A stretch of DNA of 64,000 nt from the human T2T-CHM13v2.0 reference genome, Homo sapiens. A program made the position numbers and the translations under genes. Positions 60,426 to 64,000 of this stretch are shown piece after piece (the stretch's first letter is position 1; each line of letters begins with the position of its first letter). The notes below the pieces were generated by a model that was not told where the DNA came from, did no database searches, and saw only the letters and a list, made by a program, of their open reading frames with translations. Where the stretch lies: NCBI RefSeq assembly GCF_009914755.1, contig NC_060947.1. The stretch is one strand, 5' to 3'.

Positions 60426-61286
60426 CTGTCAGGAGAATAAACAAACAACAATAATATATAATGTTCATCAACCTGAGTTCAGTAATGAAAAATAACTAAA
60501 TTTACCAAACAGATGTGTCCTGGAATGCTTCCTGTTTGAAGTTTCCCTACTCTTAGGTATATCCCAAATCTATACAACCAATTAACAAATACAGGAGTTA
60601 ATAAACTCTAGAGAAACATAACACACTAAGTGTTTAAAAATTGCTTTTTGCTTCCAAAGCACTGTCTTCTGTGCAAACACTCTAAGCTATATCACATACT
60701 ACCAGTTGCAGACATAAGACTTGAGAAATTCAATACAAGAATACAGCAGAGAAGCGTGCACAATTAAGGGATCGGGACTACCAGTTTAACAGAAAACGCA
60801 GATTTTATACAGCAATCTGCTACAAACATTATAGCTGGGGGCAGGCATGTTTTATGCAGCTATTTTGTTTAGCTCATTAGAACCCTATTTGTCCTTCAGT
60901 ACAGTTGAACTGAAGGAAAAATAAAAGAAAGAAATGCACTTTGAAACAAAGGGGAAATTCAGATAAAACAAAACATACTATACCTGTATATTGTACCAGG
61001 AACATTGTGACACTCTTCAGGGAACTGTTTCACGTTGTATCCTATCGTGAGTTATTCTCTCCTTACCCTCTTCTCTCCACAAGAAGAAAAGCCAAAGCAC
61101 CCCAAACCCCCACTATACCCTATCCCTAACCCACCCACCCCATTGAGGAAAAAGAAAAATAGCTATAATTCAGCTTAGATCTGACGCTTCTGTTTAGCTC
61201 AGCTCCAGCCGAGCAACTGAGCTTCAGCAACGGAGCATAGGGAGGAGGATTCTGATGCCAGTAGCACTTCCATCCACTTCACTTAC

Positions 61287-61510
61287 ACAAAAGCAGGCAG
61301 TGGAAAATCCAGGAGCCTTGAAGACAAGGGCTGGAACTGGCTTTTATGAATTGCTATTACTGCATGTGTCACCATCCATCTCCAATGACGGACACTTATA
61401 GGCTGAATTGGGAGTGGAGGGGGTGGGGTGGAGGAGGTTGGAGAGCAGGTGGAGAAGCAATTAGCAGTATGTTCATTGGAGAATTCGTTCGGGATTTCAT
61501 ACATCAGTGC
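61287..61510 (-). other. Candidate exon (224 nt), open throughout in one frame
   Basis: Acceptor ctgcatgctgtttctttag|G, donor TGT|gtaagt; GC content higher than the flanks. Confidence 0.55.
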
Positions 61511-62129
61511 CTAAAGAAACAGCATGCAGTTGACAAATCAGAACTTTACGATTTGCATGCCTTGGAAGAAATCTTAGCTCACAGCTCCAAACAAAATAAT
61601 GTTTGCCCACTCTTACAGGGCACAGAAAGTCACCCCTTTGCTTTTTCTTTCCTCTGGCTACCCTTATTCCTGAGAAATCAACATTCAGAATGAATATTTG
61701 CTAATTTTCCCTAAAGAATTGTATTTTTAAAAGGCTGGAAGCAAAGGAAGTATAAAGAAATTAAATTCTATTGAACATGACATCTCTTAACACAAAGGCA
61801 AGAAGCTAATTATTTTAAGGCAATTCTTCATCCCTAGTCCCATTCCCCAAGCGCAGCTTTCACACCTATAATCAGTGGATCACACAACTTTTGTCCATAT
61901 ATTTAACACTGAAAAACAAATCTATGTCTACCTAAAAATAGTTCAGTTAAAATGAAGGTGAAAAGCCAAGAGCTATGTGCAGGACCCACTTCATTAGGTG
62001 ACTTGAGAAAGCACTTTACATGTAAGTGCTTCAGTTTTACTCATCCACTAAACTAAAGCTCATTTTTAGACGGATTTTAAAATTAATCACGAGTAGGAAC
62101 AAAAAGGAGATAGTGTCTTTGGGAGGAAA

Positions 62130-62388
62130 CATGATACAACCGAAGGAGCACTGGGGCTGGGTATCAGGAAACCTGGGTTCAGCTTCCAGTTCTACAACTT
62201 TCTAACTATGTGACTCTGGCCAAGTCACTTAACTTCTTTGAGCCTAAGTTCCCTTTATTTGTTAACTGGAGATAATAGTACCTATCCTGACTGTCTCACA
62301 GGATTGCTGTGAACAGCTAATGAGATAATAGGTATGAAAACCCTTTTGTAAATTGTAAAGGGTTATACAATTGTATGGGATTATTACT
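62130..62388 (+). mobile_element. MIR (MIRb/c-like)
   Basis: ccaagtcacttaacttctttgagcct...gataatagtaccta...ctcacaggattgctgtga. Confidence 0.8.
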
Positions 62389-63596
62389 ACCATGCCCTAA
62401 ACAAATCTTGCCTTAATGATTGAAGTGAGGCACCTCTATCACATAAGGCAAATAAAAAGAAAGAACTAATATAATTTCATGAAACACTGCTCAATTCTTA
62501 CAATTTTTAAATTAGACGGAATCGCTGTTTGCTCTTAAAATTCTATAGCAGGGAACGTTTTTGAGAAAATTTTAAAATAATACATCAAAAGTTTATTAAA
62601 GAGACTGGAGCCCTCTAAATTCTCTCTTTCCTTTCTGGAAAGTCAGTCCATTTTTCTTCATATGGTCTAGCATTATGTCCCATCTGGAATGCAAACTACT
62701 AGATAATGAGCATCTCCTTTTGTTCAAGCTTTCTATTTGCCTGTTACATCCTCATTGCCCAGTGTGTTGGGGGAGGATTCAAGGTGATTAACTAAATCTA
62801 AATCCACAAGGTAAAAATCCAAAGTTATGCTTTATGAGGCTCCAAGCTGCCTTGATCCTATGTATACAGTGACCAGCTGGCTTCAGCTGGGACACAATTT
62901 TAGCACATGAAGTCCTGGGGTGGCCACACCTGGGGCACTAAATGATCCAGGCAATGTTTGGGGATCTTTGGTTCAGCCAAATCCCACATGTCCTGATTTC
63001 CATCTGTATGGTGGTTCCCAAGTGTGTTTGTCCACATGAACCAAATCTGAAGCAGCCAAAAGAAAGGTGGGGGATAGAGCAGGGATATCAGATGTCAGCT
63101 CCTCTTGGTCCCATCCAGTGCTATCTGTGCCCTCAAACAAGTGCCCATCCTACTTCTTGTAAGAAGAAAGAAAACTTTTTCTAATTGCCCCTTTGAACGT
63201 CATTGCTACTACTGAAGATGCCAGTAAAATATATATCCAAAATCTATGTTAAGCCAATTGGGAAAAGGATAATATTAATCACATAACAGGTAATTGGTAG
63301 CTAAGAGCAAGTGAGCTGCTGAAAGGGGGAAGGGGAGAAAAAGACAAGAGAGGAGGAGGGAAACAGAGGGGAGGGGTGGAGAAAAGAGAAAATGAATCTA
63401 AAGTGAGAGCTTTCTAATCAGAAACATACTTGCTGAAATCATCCAAAGTCTCACCTACTATAATAAAAAGTGCTTGTCTTTTGAGGTATTGGGAGTGGCC
63501 CCCTAACCATCAAAGCTGCAAACCTAGCCTTCCAACTGCTTAGGGAAACAGTCAAGAGCCTGAAAAGGTACTGACAGCCCTAGCACCAGATCTCAC

Positions 63597-63745
63597 TTTC
63601 CTCTGCCATTCAGAAAGTGAGTCAGGTGGGATACAATTCTCCAGAGGCCTCATCCCTGCTACCGTCCACCACAGCCTCACTGGCAGCATGGCTGCCCACT
63701 AAGGAAGGTGTCAGTCCAATTTCAGGTTCAGCAAAGGAGGCTTGC
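63597..63745 (-). other. Candidate exon (149 nt) containing GCAGCCATG
   Basis: Acceptor cctttgttcctttctt...gtcacag|G (moderate), donor AAA|gtgaga; GC content higher than the flanks. Confidence 0.4.
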
Positions 63746-64000
63746 CTGTGACTTTTAAAACCACATTGGTAAGAAAGGAACAAAGGCTGTATTTCAGAAT
63801 AGGACTGTTCTCCCTTTGGGCATTGCAACTAAACTCCTTCACAAATTTAAGCTTGAAATTCATATTCCCCAAGTTCCTCAGAAGGGCCATTCAAAGTAAA
63901 GGGAAAGGACAGGAAAGATGATTTTTTTTTTGTTAGCTTCTTTCTGACAGTCAAAAAATGAGGAATATGACTGACAGAGTGTCCCAAAAGGCAATGAGGT

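Overview
AT-rich primate (most likely human/hominoid) genomic DNA with no CpG island, no recognisable protein-coding exon, no structural RNA gene and nothing prokaryotic. A large part is interspersed repeat that I recognise by eye: about a dozen Alu copies or fragments, several L1 remnants, many L2/MIR/L3 relics, two MaLR LTRs, an ERV-L integrase fragment, hAT-Charlie DNA transposons and microsatellites. Most of the longer ORF-track entries are repeat-derived or look like chance ORFs. The window looks like the inside of a long minus-strand transcription unit (lncRNA or multi-exon 5'UTR; gene not identified): the large L1s all lie on + and there are two clusters of minus-strand candidate exons (5.7-9.9 kb and 57-64 kb). 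The best lead is that three candidate exons at 60.3-63.7 kb join in frame into a 148-codon ORF, which is unverified and could be chance. I found no convincing evidence of a new biological system. Old-repeat boundaries and subfamily names are approximate.
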